A stretch of DNA of 64,000 nt from the NCBI GenBank assembly GCA_016186995.1, contig JACPKQ010000005.1:2593-66592 (forward strand). Direction: 5' to 3'. Shown piece by piece: positions 8,372-17,610 of this stretch. The translations under genes were made by a program, and so were the position numbers. The notes under the pieces were generated by a model. The model made no database searches and was not told the DNA's origin. It worked only from the letters and a program-made list of their open reading frames with translations. How positions within the stretch are numbered: position 1 is the stretch's first letter; each line of letters starts with the position of its first letter. Origin of the DNA: Deltaproteobacteria bacterium. Its GTDB lineage: Bacteria > Bdellovibrionota > JACOXK01.

Positions 8372-9127
8372 TTAAAAGTAAAAAATTTTCTTCAAACTCA
8401 AGCCACAGGCTGGGGCTGTAGGGCCTCGAATCATATGAGCAGGATTTATCTGACCACTACCGACAAGATACATAGCACCCACAATGTTTCGAATCATATG
8501 TTTTAAAAATCCTGTTCCTTGAATTTTAAAAACAAGAAAATCTTCTTCTTGTCTCCACGCAGCTTCTAGAATAGTTCGAAAAGTTGTTTTGGTACGACTG
8601 CCACTTGTTTGAAATAATCTAAAGTCATGTTCTCCTATTAAATATCCGCAAGCTTCATTCATGAGTAAAATATTTAATTTTTTAGGTCTCCACCAAGACA
8701 TTGTTTTATCTTTCTTAGTTGGATTTTTTCCATTAAAAATAGAGTACTCATAAAGTTTTGACACAGAGTCTTCCCGGGCGTGGAAACTATCTTGAACCTC
8801 TTCTGCCATAACAATACGAATATCTTCTGGTAAATATGAATTTATTTTTTGAACACAACTATTCAAGGGACGGAACGCAGGGCTTCCTGGATTCCAGCTT
8901 GTGCCTACGGCTGTAGGCTGGAATGACGGAGGTGGTGTAAAATGAGCAACTTGGCCTTCTGCATGAACACCCGCATCTGTTCGAGAAGCCCCATAAATAA
9001 TCACCTTTTGATGAAATATTTTATAAAGTGCTTCTTCTATTTTTCTCTGTATTGTGGGGCGTGTTTTCTGCCTTTGCCAGCCTAAATATTTGGCTCCATT
9101 ATATTTTATAGTGAGTTTTATTTTCAT
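8372..9127 (-). CDS. truA: tRNA pseudouridine(38-40) synthase, with in-frame palindrome insert
   Basis: Y.G..Y.GWQ.Q, GASRTDAGVHAEGQV, GFLKHMIRNIVG, TAPACGLSL. Confidence 0.95.
   Translation of the reverse strand: MKIKLTIKYNGAKYLGWQRQKTRPTIQRKIEEALYKIFHQKVIIYGASRTDAGVHAEGQVAHFTPPPSFQPTAVGTSWNPGSPAFRPLNSCVQKINSYLPEDIRIVMAEEVQDSFHAREDSVSKLYEYSIFNGKNPTKKDKTMSWWRPKKLNILLMNEACGYLIGEHDFRLFQTSGSRTKTTFRTILEAAWRQEEDFLVFKIQGTGFLKHMIRNIVGAMYLVGSGQINPAHMIRGPTAPACGLSLKKIFYF
8889..8928 (-). repeat. GTCAT palindrome in frame in truA (PSFQPTAVGTSWNP)
   Basis: CGTCATTCCAGC...GCTGGAATCC on the minus strand. Confidence 0.9.
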
Positions 9128-9199
9128 ACAATCCTTGTTATTTTTCTCTTACTTATTTTAATTTTTTGCGATATACAAGAGAGACCTTTAGAAATATGT

Positions 9200-9275
<76 letters not shown>

Positions 9276-9305
9276 CTTATTTCTCCCCCAAATAGGCTTA
9301 TTTCC

Positions 9306-10586
9306 ATGTTTTATGATGTTATCATTATCGGTGGTGGTGCAGCAGGCCTTATGTGCGCCATTCAGGCTGGGTACAGAAAAAGAAAAGTACTTTTGATCGA
9401 CCATGCAAAAAAATTGGGAGGGAAAATCCTCATTTCAGGCGGAGGTCGGTGCAACTTTACAAATAAAGGCGCAACACCCAAAAATTATGTTTCGCACAAT
9501 CCCCATTTTTTTAAATCAGCCCTTTCCAGATATACGCCTTATGATTTCATAGAACTTGTCAAAAAATATAATATTTCATTTTATGAAAAAAAATGGGGCC
9601 AACTTTTTTGTACACACTCAGCACGCCCACTTCTTAATATGCTTCTTTCGGAAGCTCACAAAGCCAATGTAGAAAATTTACTCGATTGTAAAATAAAAAA
9701 AATTTCAGTTATCCGTCATTGCGAGGAGTCGAAGACGACGCGGCAATCCCATCGTGATAGCGATGAGATCACCACGGGTTCTTTCAGAACCCTCGTGATG
9801 ACAGCAAAGGATGACAATGAAAAATTTGAAATAGAAACAACCCAAAAAAAATTGAGTTGCTCTTCGCTTGTTATTGCTACAGGTGGTCTTTCTATACCTA
9901 AATTAGGAGCAAGTGGTTTTGGTTATAATCTTGCAAAACAATTTGGTTTAAGCATTGTTCAAACTTATCCAGCTTTAGATGGATTCATTTTAAACCCTCA
10001 AGAAATCAATTTTTTTGGAAAGTTGGCCGGCATTTCTTTGGATTGCATGCTTACTTGTAATGGAGAAAAATTTAGAGAAAATATACTTTTTACACACAAA
10101 GGTTTAAGCGGCCCTGCTGCGCTTCAAGCCTCTCTTTATTGGAACGAAGGAGATTCCATTTTTATTAATCTTCTTCCAGAACTTAATGGTTATGAGTGGC
10201 TTTTACAAAGAAAAAATCAGGGTGAACGTTTTAAAATCAAAAATATTTTAAAAGAAAAACTTCCCCACCACTTTGTTGATCATTTTTGCTTGAAATATTT
10301 TCAAAGTGAAAAATCACTAAATGAAATCAAAAATCAAGATCTTAAAAATCTTTCAAAAATTATTCATGCCTGGGAAATAAAACCCTTGAGTACCGTTGGA
10401 TACCATAAAGCTGAAGTAACCAGAGGGGGCGTTGATACCCATGAGCTTTCTTCAAAAACTCTTGAAAGCACAAAAGTAAAAGGGCTTTATTTTATTGGTG
10501 AAGTTGTCGATGTTACAGGGCAATTAGGTGGTTATAACTTCCAATGGGCCTGGGCTTCAGGCTGGGCTGCTGGACAAGTCGTTTAA
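9306..10586 (+). CDS. HI0933/BaiN-family NAD(P)/FAD-dependent oxidoreductase, with 30-aa insert
   Basis: GGGAAG, GKILISGGGRCNFTN, ATGGLSIPKLG, GEVVDVTGQLGGYNFQWAWASG. Confidence 0.95.
   Translation: MFYDVIIIGGGAAGLMCAIQAGYRKRKVLLIDHAKKLGGKILISGGGRCNFTNKGATPKNYVSHNPHFFKSALSRYTPYDFIELVKKYNISFYEKKWGQLFCTHSARPLLNMLLSEAHKANVENLLDCKIKKISVIRHCEESKTTRQSHRDSDEITTGSFRTLVMTAKDDNEKFEIETTQKKLSCSSLVIATGGLSIPKLGASGFGYNLAKQFGLSIVQTYPALDGFILNPQEINFFGKLAGISLDCMLTCNGEKFRENILFTHKGLSGPAALQASLYWNEGDSIFINLLPELNGYEWLLQRKNQGERFKIKNILKEKLPHHFVDHFCLKYFQSEKSLNEIKNQDLKNLSKIIHAWEIKPLSTVGYHKAEVTRGGVDTHELSSKTLESTKVKGLYFIGEVVDVTGQLGGYNFQWAWASGWAAGQVV
9714..9803 (+). repeat. two-hairpin GTCAT...ATGAC element in frame (RHCEE...LVMT, 30 aa)
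   Basis: Bounded by CGTCAT and ATGACA, 90 nt. Confidence 0.9.
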
Positions 10587-10625
10587 GAAGAAAAAAAATC
10601 AGGCAAAAGTTCGAAGATCCAGTAT

Positions 10626-11909
10626 TTAGATTCCCGCTAATGGCTCAAGCCTGAGTGCGGGAATGACAAAGGGGGATGGGGCTTTATTAATAAGATTTTC
10701 TGAGGTTGTTACTTCTCTCCAAATATCTGGATTTTCCATACATAAATAAAGAGGTTGATCATTTCTTTTTTCTAAAATCCACGCCCATATTTTTTGATAC
10801 ATATGAATTCTTATTTTTTTAGGATACCTAAACCTACCATCAAGACTTCGAACCATTTCTTGCCCTGCAAGCGGTGACTCACGCCATCTTAACTTCATGA
10901 TTGTTTTAAGCTCTCTTGTAAGCCTTAAATTACCAAGGCTGATCCACTCAATTTTTTTAAAATCTATTTTTTGTGCCATATGTTCAATCATATTTCTATA
11001 ACCTTCTTCCCAATTTTTGTAATAAACAATCGGGTCAAAATGAAACCCAATTTTATAACCCCTTTCTAAACACTTTTGAGCGGCCTCTAACCTTTCTGTT
11101 AAAGAAGAGGTTCCATGTTCATGGTTTTTTACAATCTCCTCTGGTGAAAGCGACCACGACACCACAGTTGACCCGCCTGGATTCATTTGAAGTAGGTTTT
11201 CAATATTATTTGTTTTTGTTTTAAGTTCTAAAATAACCCCACCCCCGTCATTCCCGCGAAGGCGGGAATCTATATCTCTAAAAAAAGGAACGAGGAGTCG
11301 AGAAATTCCTGTTATATGATCTAAGGCAAGGCTATCAGCATACTCTCCCGTACCAATACGCACAGAAGGTAGCCTCGCTTTCTGAATTCCAGCTTGTGCC
11401 AAAGGCTTCGGGCTGGAATGACAGCGATTTTCTAAAACCTTTTTCACTTTTTGAAGTAATTCTTCTATATTTGCATACACAACCATAGCCTGTTTATTAA
11501 GGTAATATTGTAAAAAGCAATATTCACAATCCATGTGACAATTTTGTGCAAAAGGAAAAATAAAATAATTACAACACATCATTCCAGGTTTACCTGCTGG
11601 GCAATGTTCAAAAACCTCCCCTTTATATTCTTGTATAAGAAGATGTTTTTTTCCTGTTTCTATCGAGCTTTTTAAACCTATTTCCTGAGGACGATCAATC
11701 AGTTCAATTCTGTCATCCCGGAAAACAATGTCACCCTGAACGCTTTCCCTGTCACCCTGAGTGCAACGAAGGGTATCATCACGAAGTATATTCTTCGGCT
11801 TCGGACATTGTTCAGATAACAAGGAAAAATAAGAAAGAATATTACGAGTCACTTCAGTATCTAAAACTTTTTTCTCAATAAAAATTTTTTCTGGAATAAA
11901 AGGTTTCAT
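10626..11909 (-). CDS. spore photoproduct lyase-like radical SAM protein with three internal inserts and a palindrome-derived C-terminus
   Basis: CHMDCEYC, RIGTGEYADSL, LELKTK, VVSWSL, GFHFDP. Confidence 0.88.
   Translation of the reverse strand: MKPFIPEKIFIEKKVLDTEVTRNILSYFSLLSEQCPKPKNILRDDTLRCTQGDRESVQGDIVFRDDRIELIDRPQEIGLKSSIETGKKHLLIQEYKGEVFEHCPAGKPGMMCCNYFIFPFAQNCHMDCEYCFLQYYLNKQAMVVYANIEELLQKVKKVLENRCHSSPKPLAQAGIQKARLPSVRIGTGEYADSLALDHITGISRLLVPFFRDIDSRLRGNDGGGVILELKTKTNNIENLLQMNPGGSTVVSWSLSPEEIVKNHEHGTSSLTERLEAAQKCLERGYKIGFHFDPIVYYKNWEEGYRNMIEHMAQKIDFKKIEWISLGNLRLTRELKTIMKLRWRESPLAGQEMVRSLDGRFRYPKKIRIHMYQKIWAWILEKRNDQPLYLCMENPDIWREVTTSENLINKAPSPFVIPALRLEPLAGI
10628..10668 (-). repeat. 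GTCAT palindrome forming the SPL-like C-terminus (VIPALRLEPLAGI*)
   Basis: TGTCATTCCCGC...GCGGGAATCT; the TAA stop follows directly. Confidence 0.85.
11246..11272 (+). repeat. GTCAT palindrome in frame in SPL-like gene (DSRLRGNDG)
   Basis: CGTCATTCCCGCGAAGGCGGGAATCTA. Confidence 0.92.
11383..11423 (-). repeat. GTCAT palindrome in frame in SPL-like gene (CHSSPKPLAQAGIQ)
   Basis: TGTCATTCCAGC...GCTGGAATTC. Confidence 0.9.
11711..11820. repeat. composite GTCAT/GTCAC element in frame in SPL-like gene (about 37 aa)
   Basis: Reverse complement closely matches intergenic 33094-33184 (CGAAGAATATACT...TACCCTTC...CAGGGTGACAGG...GCGTTCAGGGTGACA). Confidence 0.85.
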
Positions 11910-12622
11910 GCAAAATCTAAAAGTTTTTGAAAAGAATCCTGATCTTTTATTTTTTGAAGTGTTTCCAACTTTTTTTCAAAATCCTTTTTACCTTTTATTT
12001 TTATTTCAAACTCAAGATAAGCTTCTTCAAAACTCTGTGGATCTTTAAGTCGAATCCCTCCATCTAAAAAAATCTGTTTTTTTAAGGTTCTCCACCTTGC
12101 TTGTGTTTCTTTTAAATAAGGGTTTTCATATTCAAAAAGCCTTCTCTGAAAAGTATTTTTGGTAATAGACTCCGGATTGGCTGTGTGTCCCAATTCAGAA
12201 CTTAAACTTGTTTCATGGAACAAAGATCGAATTATATCTTTGATTTCTTTTTTCTCCCGCAAAGAAATATCTTCTAAAGACTCAAAATTTTTTTTAAATT
12301 CATTTCCATTTAAATTTAACTTTTCAGGCAAGCTCGCTAAAACATTTTGATTCTCTTCATTTAACCTTGAAAGCCTCACAGCTATCTTTAACGGTAAATC
12401 AAAACTCACCACCCATTTTTGAAGATCTTCCGTCACATGAAGAAGCTCAAGGTGATAATCTAAAACTGTTTCATGCGCCTCACACTTGAGCTTTGGAAGA
12501 TAATTTTCTATTGTTTCAAGACGCGAAAGCCCATGCTTTTCAAGCAACCACTTTAAAAGATGTGCTTTTTCAATCACATTGAAAGTGTTGGCAAAAAGCG
12601 CTGGATCAATATGATGAGACAT
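11906..12622 (-). CDS. ParB-like protein, apparently lacking the N-terminal ParBc domain
   Basis: Begins just before an N-x-x-EKA helical motif; coupled (ATGA) to the SPL-like gene; no GxxR motif. Confidence 0.55.
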   Translation of the reverse strand: MSHHIDPALFANTFNVIEKAHLLKWLLEKHGLSRLETIENYLPKLKCEAHETVLDYHLELLHVTEDLQKWVVSFDLPLKIAVRLSRLNEENQNVLASLPEKLNLNGNEFKKNFESLEDISLREKKEIKDIIRSLFHETSLSSELGHTANPESITKNTFQRRLFEYENPYLKETQARWRTLKKQIFLDGGIRLKDPQSFEEAYLEFEIKIKGKKDFEKKLETLQKIKDQDSFQKLLDFA

Positions 12623-12657
12623 AGTCTCTAAACTTAAACTAGAAGCTTATTTCTTAG

Positions 12658-14184
12658 TCAAGAAAGGTAAAATGAGGCCAGGCCAGTCGAAGGTATTTTT
12701 GACAACGTCAGGTTAAAAATACCGAGTCCCGTACGAGTGAAACGAGATACGGGATCCAGAATTTCTGGATTCCCGCCTTCGCGGGAATGACAAGGAGGTG
12801 CTCCTTCGCCTACTAGGTATGTCTTTTGACTGGCAGCTTCGATCATACCCTCTTTACTTAAGTAGGCGAGAGAATCTGCTGAAATATATTTTCTAATTTC
12901 TTCGATAGATTGTGATGAGGCAATCAGTTCTTCTCTTGTTGGGGTATCAATACCATAAAAACAACTGTGTGTTGTTGGCGGAGAAGAAATACGCATATGA
13001 ACTTCTTTTGCCCCGTTATCCCGAAGCATTTTTATAATTTTTCTAGAAGTGGTACCTCTCACCAAAGAATCATCAATAACAATCAATCTTTTTCCTTCAA
13101 TCACTTTTCTAACAGCATTCAGTTTTACCTTGACACCAAAATGCCTGATCGATTGCTGTGGTTCAATAAAAGTTCTTCCAACATAATGGTTTCGAATAAT
13201 TCCCATGTCATAGGGAATTCCACTCGTCTGTGCATAACCAATGGCAGCAGGCACCCCTGAATCAGGAACTGGTATAACCATATCCGCTTCGACAGGGCGT
13301 TCCCGTGCCAATCTTTGTCCCATGTTGCGCCTTATTTCATAAACATTTTGTCCATAAACTTCACTATCAGGTCGTGCAAAATAAACATATTCAAAAATAC
13401 AACTTTTTTGTGGGGTTTCAGTAATAGCTTGAATACTATGAAGACCATCATCGCGTATATCTAAAAGCTCTCCTTTTTCAATTTCACGAATGGATTCTGC
13501 TCCGATCAAATCAAACGCACATGTTTCTGAAGCAATCACATAAGAATAGGTGACTTCGTTTTTGAGATCCCCGCTATTGCGCTTTGCGCTTCGGGCGGGG
13601 ATGACATTTGGTAATCTTCCTAAAACAAGAGGCCGAAATCCGTAAGAATCTCTTGCAACAAGAAGCCCATGTTTTGTCAGTATGATAAGAGAAAAAGCAC
13701 CCTCCACTTTTTGCAAAGCTTCAATCACTTTTTCTTTAAAATTTATTTTTTTTGATTTTGCTATGAGGTGAAGAAAAATTTCAGTATCAGAATGAGATTG
13801 AAAAATAGCTCCATCACTTTCTAACTCGTCTCTTAATTTTTTTGCATTGGTTAAATTACCATTATGTGCAAGCGCCAGAAAACTTCCTTGAAAACTTGCC
13901 ATAAGAGGTTGTACATCCGCCACATCATGTGCCTGCGTGGTTGAGTAACGAACATGCCCAATAGAAGCAAGCCCCTTTAGCTTTCTTAAGGATTCTTCAT
14001 CAAAATTATCTGCAACAAGCCCCTTACCTTTTTTAAGCACCAGTTCATTATTATGGAGAGAAACAATGCCACACCCTTCTTGACCTCTGTGCTGAAGCGC
14101 ATAAAGCCCAAGATAAGTCATATTGGAAGCTTCGGTATGATTCCAAATACCAAAAACGCCACATTCTTCTTTAAATTTATCCAT
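12658..14184 (-). CDS. purF: amidophosphoribosyltransferase (likely start MDKFKEECG); internal insert and aberrant C-terminus
   Basis: [39 protein letters not shown]. Confidence 0.95.
   Translation of the reverse strand: MDKFKEECGVFGIWNHTEASNMTYLGLYALQHRGQEGCGIVSLHNNELVLKKGKGLVADNFDEESLRKLKGLASIGHVRYSTTQAHDVADVQPLMASFQGSFLALAHNGNLTNAKKLRDELESDGAIFQSHSDTEIFLHLIAKSKKINFKEKVIEALQKVEGAFSLIILTKHGLLVARDSYGFRPLVLGRLPNVIPARSAKRNSGDLKNEVTYSYVIASETCAFDLIGAESIREIEKGELLDIRDDGLHSIQAITETPQKSCIFEYVYFARPDSEVYGQNVYEIRRNMGQRLARERPVEADMVIPVPDSGVPAAIGYAQTSGIPYDMGIIRNHYVGRTFIEPQQSIRHFGVKVKLNAVRKVIEGKRLIVIDDSLVRGTTSRKIIKMLRDNGAKEVHMRISSPPTTHSCFYGIDTPTREELIASSQSIEEIRKYISADSLAYLSKEGMIEAASQKTYLVGEGAPPCHSREGGNPEILDPVSRFTRTGLGIFNLTLSKIPSTGLASFYLS
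12727..12792 (-). repeat. two-hairpin GTCAT element in the purF 3' end ([22 protein letters not shown])
   Basis: TGTCATTCCCGCGAAGGCGGGAATCC followed by TCCCGTA...TACGGGA. Confidence 0.9.
13564..13606 (-). repeat. GTCAT palindrome in frame in purF ([14 protein letters not shown])
   Basis: TGTCATCCCCGC...GCGGGGATCTC. Confidence 0.9.
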
Positions 14185-15844
14185 GGATGAGTCCAACCAT
14201 AACGATAAGGGGTGTTGGCAAAATACTTTTTCCATTGGTTTCATTATAAAAACTTACATTCCCACTCACAACCGGCACATTCATCTTGCGGCAGGCCTCA
14301 CTCATTCCTAAAACAGTTTGCTCAAACTGCCACATAATTTCTGGATTTTCTGGACTTCCAAAATTAAGACAATCGGTGAGCGCTAGAGGAATAGCCCCCA
14401 CACTGGCCAATTTTTCAACGGCTTTCAACACAATATATTTGCCTCCTTCAAATGGATTTAAATAAGTCAGGTATTCTGCTGAACCCATGGCCAGAGCTAA
14501 AATACTCCCGTTTTCCCTTACCCGGATTAAAGGTACGTCATGATAACAAACAAGTGTGTTTGTACCCACCATAGAATCATACTGCTCCATAATGGAGGCT
14601 TTTGTCATCGCGAGGTTTTCGGTAGAAAACCGTGGCGATCTCATCACCTTCGGTGATGGGATTGCTTCGCTACCGCTCGCAATGACAGATGATGAAGGCG
14701 TATAGCTTTTTCGAGGGCGTTCATAAAGAGGAGCACCTGAAACAAGAGGCTCTACAGGAATTTCTCCAATCTCCTCACCTTTCCATTCAATTTTTACATA
14801 AGGAGAATCAATAACCTCTCCTATAACAACAGCATCTAAATCCCATTTTGAAAAAAGTTTTTTTGTTTCTTCTTCAAATCCTTTTTTTACACAAAGAAGC
14901 ATACGTTCTTGTGATTCACTCATCATCACTTCTACTGGCGTCATATTTTTTGCTCTTAAAGGAACCTTTGAAAGATTGATTTTAACGCCACTTTGAGCCC
15001 GATCTGCCATCTCAAATGTTGAGCACGTAAGCCCTGCAGCACCCATGTCTTGAATACCAACAATGTAATCTGTTTGCATAGCTTCAAGACAAGCCTCTAA
15101 TAGAAGTTTCTCCATAAAAGGATCACCCACTTGAACCGTAGGTTTTTTCTCATAAGCTTCGTCATCAAATTCAGCTGAGGCCATAATAGCCCCGCCAATA
15201 CCATCGCGCCCTGTTTTAGCACCTACATACATAATAGAGTTTCCAATACCCGAAGCATTGCCTAAAAAGATTTTATCTTTTTTGACAATTCCAATATTAA
15301 AGGCATTCACAAGTGGGTTATGTTCATAAGAAGGATCAAAAAATACATCGGTTCCAACTGTTGGAACACCCATGCAATTTCCATAATCGCCAATCCCCTT
15401 CACAACCCTTGAAATAAGATATTTTGTTTTTGCACTCTCTGGGTTTCCAAATCGAAGCATGTTAAGGGAAGCAACGGGTCTTGCACCCATTGTAAAAACA
15501 TCTCTTAAGATACCCCCCACCCCTGTGGCAGCGCCTTGATAAGGCTCTAAATAAGAGGGGTGATTATGACTTTCCATTTTAAAACAAGCAGCCCACCCAC
15601 CCCCAATATCGACGATGCCTGCGTTTTCTCCGGGCCCTTGAATCACGTTTGGCCCCGTGGTTGGAAAATTTTTTAGAATATTTTTAGAGCTTTTATAAGA
15701 ACAATGTTCGCTCCACATAGCAGAAAAAAGAGATGTTTCTAAATCTGTGGGGTCTCTTTTAAGGTAATCTTTAATAAGGTCATACTCATATTCAGTGAGG
15801 CCCAATTTTTTAGCTAAAGCTAGATTCCCGCCCAGATTTTTCAT
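14177..15844 (-). CDS. purL: phosphoribosylformylglycinamidine synthase subunit PurL, C-terminally short, with 28-aa insert
   Basis: [49 protein letters not shown]. Confidence 0.95.
   Translation of the reverse strand: MKNLGGNLALAKKLGLTEYEYDLIKDYLKRDPTDLETSLFSAMWSEHCSYKSSKNILKNFPTTGPNVIQGPGENAGIVDIGGGWAACFKMESHNHPSYLEPYQGAATGVGGILRDVFTMGARPVASLNMLRFGNPESAKTKYLISRVVKGIGDYGNCMGVPTVGTDVFFDPSYEHNPLVNAFNIGIVKKDKIFLGNASGIGNSIMYVGAKTGRDGIGGAIMASAEFDDEAYEKKPTVQVGDPFMEKLLLEACLEAMQTDYIVGIQDMGAAGLTCSTFEMADRAQSGVKINLSKVPLRAKNMTPVEVMMSESQERMLLCVKKGFEEETKKLFSKWDLDAVVIGEVIDSPYVKIEWKGEEIGEIPVEPLVSGAPLYERPRKSYTPSSSVIASGSEAIPSPKVMRSPRFSTENLAMTKASIMEQYDSMVGTNTLVCYHDVPLIRVRENGSILALAMGSAEYLTYLNPFEGGKYIVLKAVEKLASVGAIPLALTDCLNFGSPENPEIMWQFEQTVLGMSEACRKMNVPVVSGNVSFYNETNGKSILPTPLIVMVGLIHG
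14603..14687. repeat. two-hairpin TGTCAT...ATGACA element in frame in purL (VIASGSEAI...LAMT)
   Basis: Bounded by inverted GTCAT tags; one half near-identical to 50686-50725. Confidence 0.9.
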
Positions 15845-16518
15845 AGTACTGACTCCAATAAAACCCTTCCATCCTCTGAACCTAAAATACTTTCACAAGC
15901 CCTTTCTGGATGGGGCATAAGCCCTAAAATATTTTTATTTTTATTATAAACACCTGCAATGTTTGAAACAGATCCATTAGGATTACTTGTTTCTAAAACT
16001 TCTCCTTTTTCATCACAATAACGAAAAGCTATTTGATCATTGTCTTCTAATTCTTTTAATTTTTCTTGAGTCACAAAATAATTCCCCTCTCCATGGGCAA
16101 TGGGCATTTTTAAAACTTTATTTTTTTCTGTATTGTGTGACCACACACCTTGAGTTGTTTGTGATTTCACCCACACTTGTTTGCACATAAATTTCAATGT
16201 TTTATTTTTCATGAGCGTTCCTTCCAAAAGCCCGGCCTCAGTTAAAACTTGAAACCCGTTGCAAATACCCATAACGGGATGGCCTTTGTTTGCAAAAGAA
16301 ATAACTTCTTCCATCACAGGAGAAAACCTGGCCATGGCACCACAACGCAAATAATCGCCATAAGAAAAACCACCTGGTAAAACAACCACATCAACATTTT
16401 TAAGATTTCGTTCTTTGTGCCATAAAAACTCGACTTCACACTTTAAAATATTTTTAAGCGCAAAGTAAGCATCGTAGTCACAATTCGAAGCTGGAAAAAC
16501 AACAACGCCCCATTTCAT
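15841..16518 (-). CDS. purQ: FGAM synthase glutaminase subunit
   Basis: [24 protein letters not shown]. Confidence 0.97.
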   Translation of the reverse strand: MKWGVVVFPASNCDYDAYFALKNILKCEVEFLWHKERNLKNVDVVVLPGGFSYGDYLRCGAMARFSPVMEEVISFANKGHPVMGICNGFQVLTEAGLLEGTLMKNKTLKFMCKQVWVKSQTTQGVWSHNTEKNKVLKMPIAHGEGNYFVTQEKLKELEDNDQIAFRYCDEKGEVLETSNPNGSVSNIAGVYNKNKNILGLMPHPERACESILGSEDGRVLLESVL

Positions 16519-16754
16519 ACGATCTCGATCCTGTAATCTTCAATCACAGTGTTTGCTAAAAGTTTCTGACACATTTCTTGAACCAAAGAAGTAGATGTTT
16601 CTCTATCTTGAGATTCAAGTTCAAGCTCGATCATCTTCCCTACTCGCGCATCTTTCACATTGTGATAACCTAAAGTCTTAAGTCCACCGACCACTGCGTT
16701 TCCTTGAGGATCTAAAACTTCTTCCTTAAGTGTAATAAAAACACGTGCTTTCAT
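16515..16754 (-). CDS. purS: FGAM synthase subunit PurS (start corrected to MKARVF)
   Basis: VLDPQG and LLANTVIEDY; upstream ORF extension lies in repeat DNA. Confidence 0.93.
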   Translation of the reverse strand: MKARVFITLKEEVLDPQGNAVVGGLKTLGYHNVKDARVGKMIELELESQDRETSTSLVQEMCQKLLANTVIEDYRIEIV

Positions 16755-16766
16755 AATTAACCCCTT

Positions 16767-16875
16767 TGTCATTGTGAACATTTTCCTTGTCATTCTGAGT
16801 GGTCCCTCTGTCATCCTGAGGCGCAGCCGAAGGATATAGTTTATGATTATACCCTTCACTTCGTTCAGGGTGACA
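16767..16875 (+). repeat. intergenic cluster of three GTCAT-tag starts plus one full two-hairpin element
   Basis: GTCAT at 16768, 16789, 16810; ends TTCAGGGTGACA. Confidence 0.85.
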
Positions 16876-16889
16876 GAAAAGACAAAAAT

Positions 16890-17586
16890 CTATAATACCG
16901 CCTCCATGCGATGAAATACTTCTTCATAAGATTCTGTGATTTTTCCTAAATCTCTCCTGAAACGGTCTTTATCTAATTTTTCACCTGTTTCACTATCCCA
17001 AAAACGACAACTGTCTGGAGAAATTTCATCAGCTAAAATAATTCTTCCATCTTCTGTTCTTCCAAACTCTATTTTAAAATCTACTAAAATAATCTGACAC
17101 TTTAAGAAAAACTCTTTTAAAATTTTATTAATCTTAAAAGCCATTTCTCTGAGCACTTCCATTTCTTCTGGGGCTGCTAGTTGCAATGCATAAACATGTT
17201 CTTCTGGCATGAGAGGATCACCCAAAGCATCATTTTTATACAATAATAGGGGTTGCTAATATGCCACCTTCTGTAAGGCCGTATCTTTTTGCAAAGCTTC
17301 CTGCAATGCGATTTCTTACAATCACTTCCAAAGGAATGATTCGAACTTTTTTGGCCACCATTTCACGATCTGAAATTTTTTTTATAAAGTGACTAGGCAC
17401 ACCCTTTGTTTCTAAAAGTTGAAATAGTAGACTTGAAATTTTATTATTGAGAATACCCTTGTTTTCTAACACCGCTTTTTTCTGATTATTAAAGGCTGTC
17501 GCATCATCTTTAAAATAAATGATATATTCTTCTGGATTTTGAGTTTTGTAGACGATTTTAGCCTTACCTTCGTATATTTTCTGCAT
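16890..17586 (-). pseudogene. purC: SAICAR synthetase split by a frameshift near 17240
   Basis: N-half YEGKAK, FKDDATAFN, IPLEVIVRN ends PIIV*; C-half YKNDALGDP, LVDFKIEFG, DEISPDSCRFW; the expected E-F-Y codons are missing. Confidence 0.85.
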
Positions 17587-17610
17587 TTAAAACCTCCATT
17601 AAAATATCGT

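Noticed and set aside
16755-16859. 35-aa N-terminal extension of PurS in the ORF track
   Set aside because: Encoded by intergenic repeat DNA; canonical MKARV start at 16754
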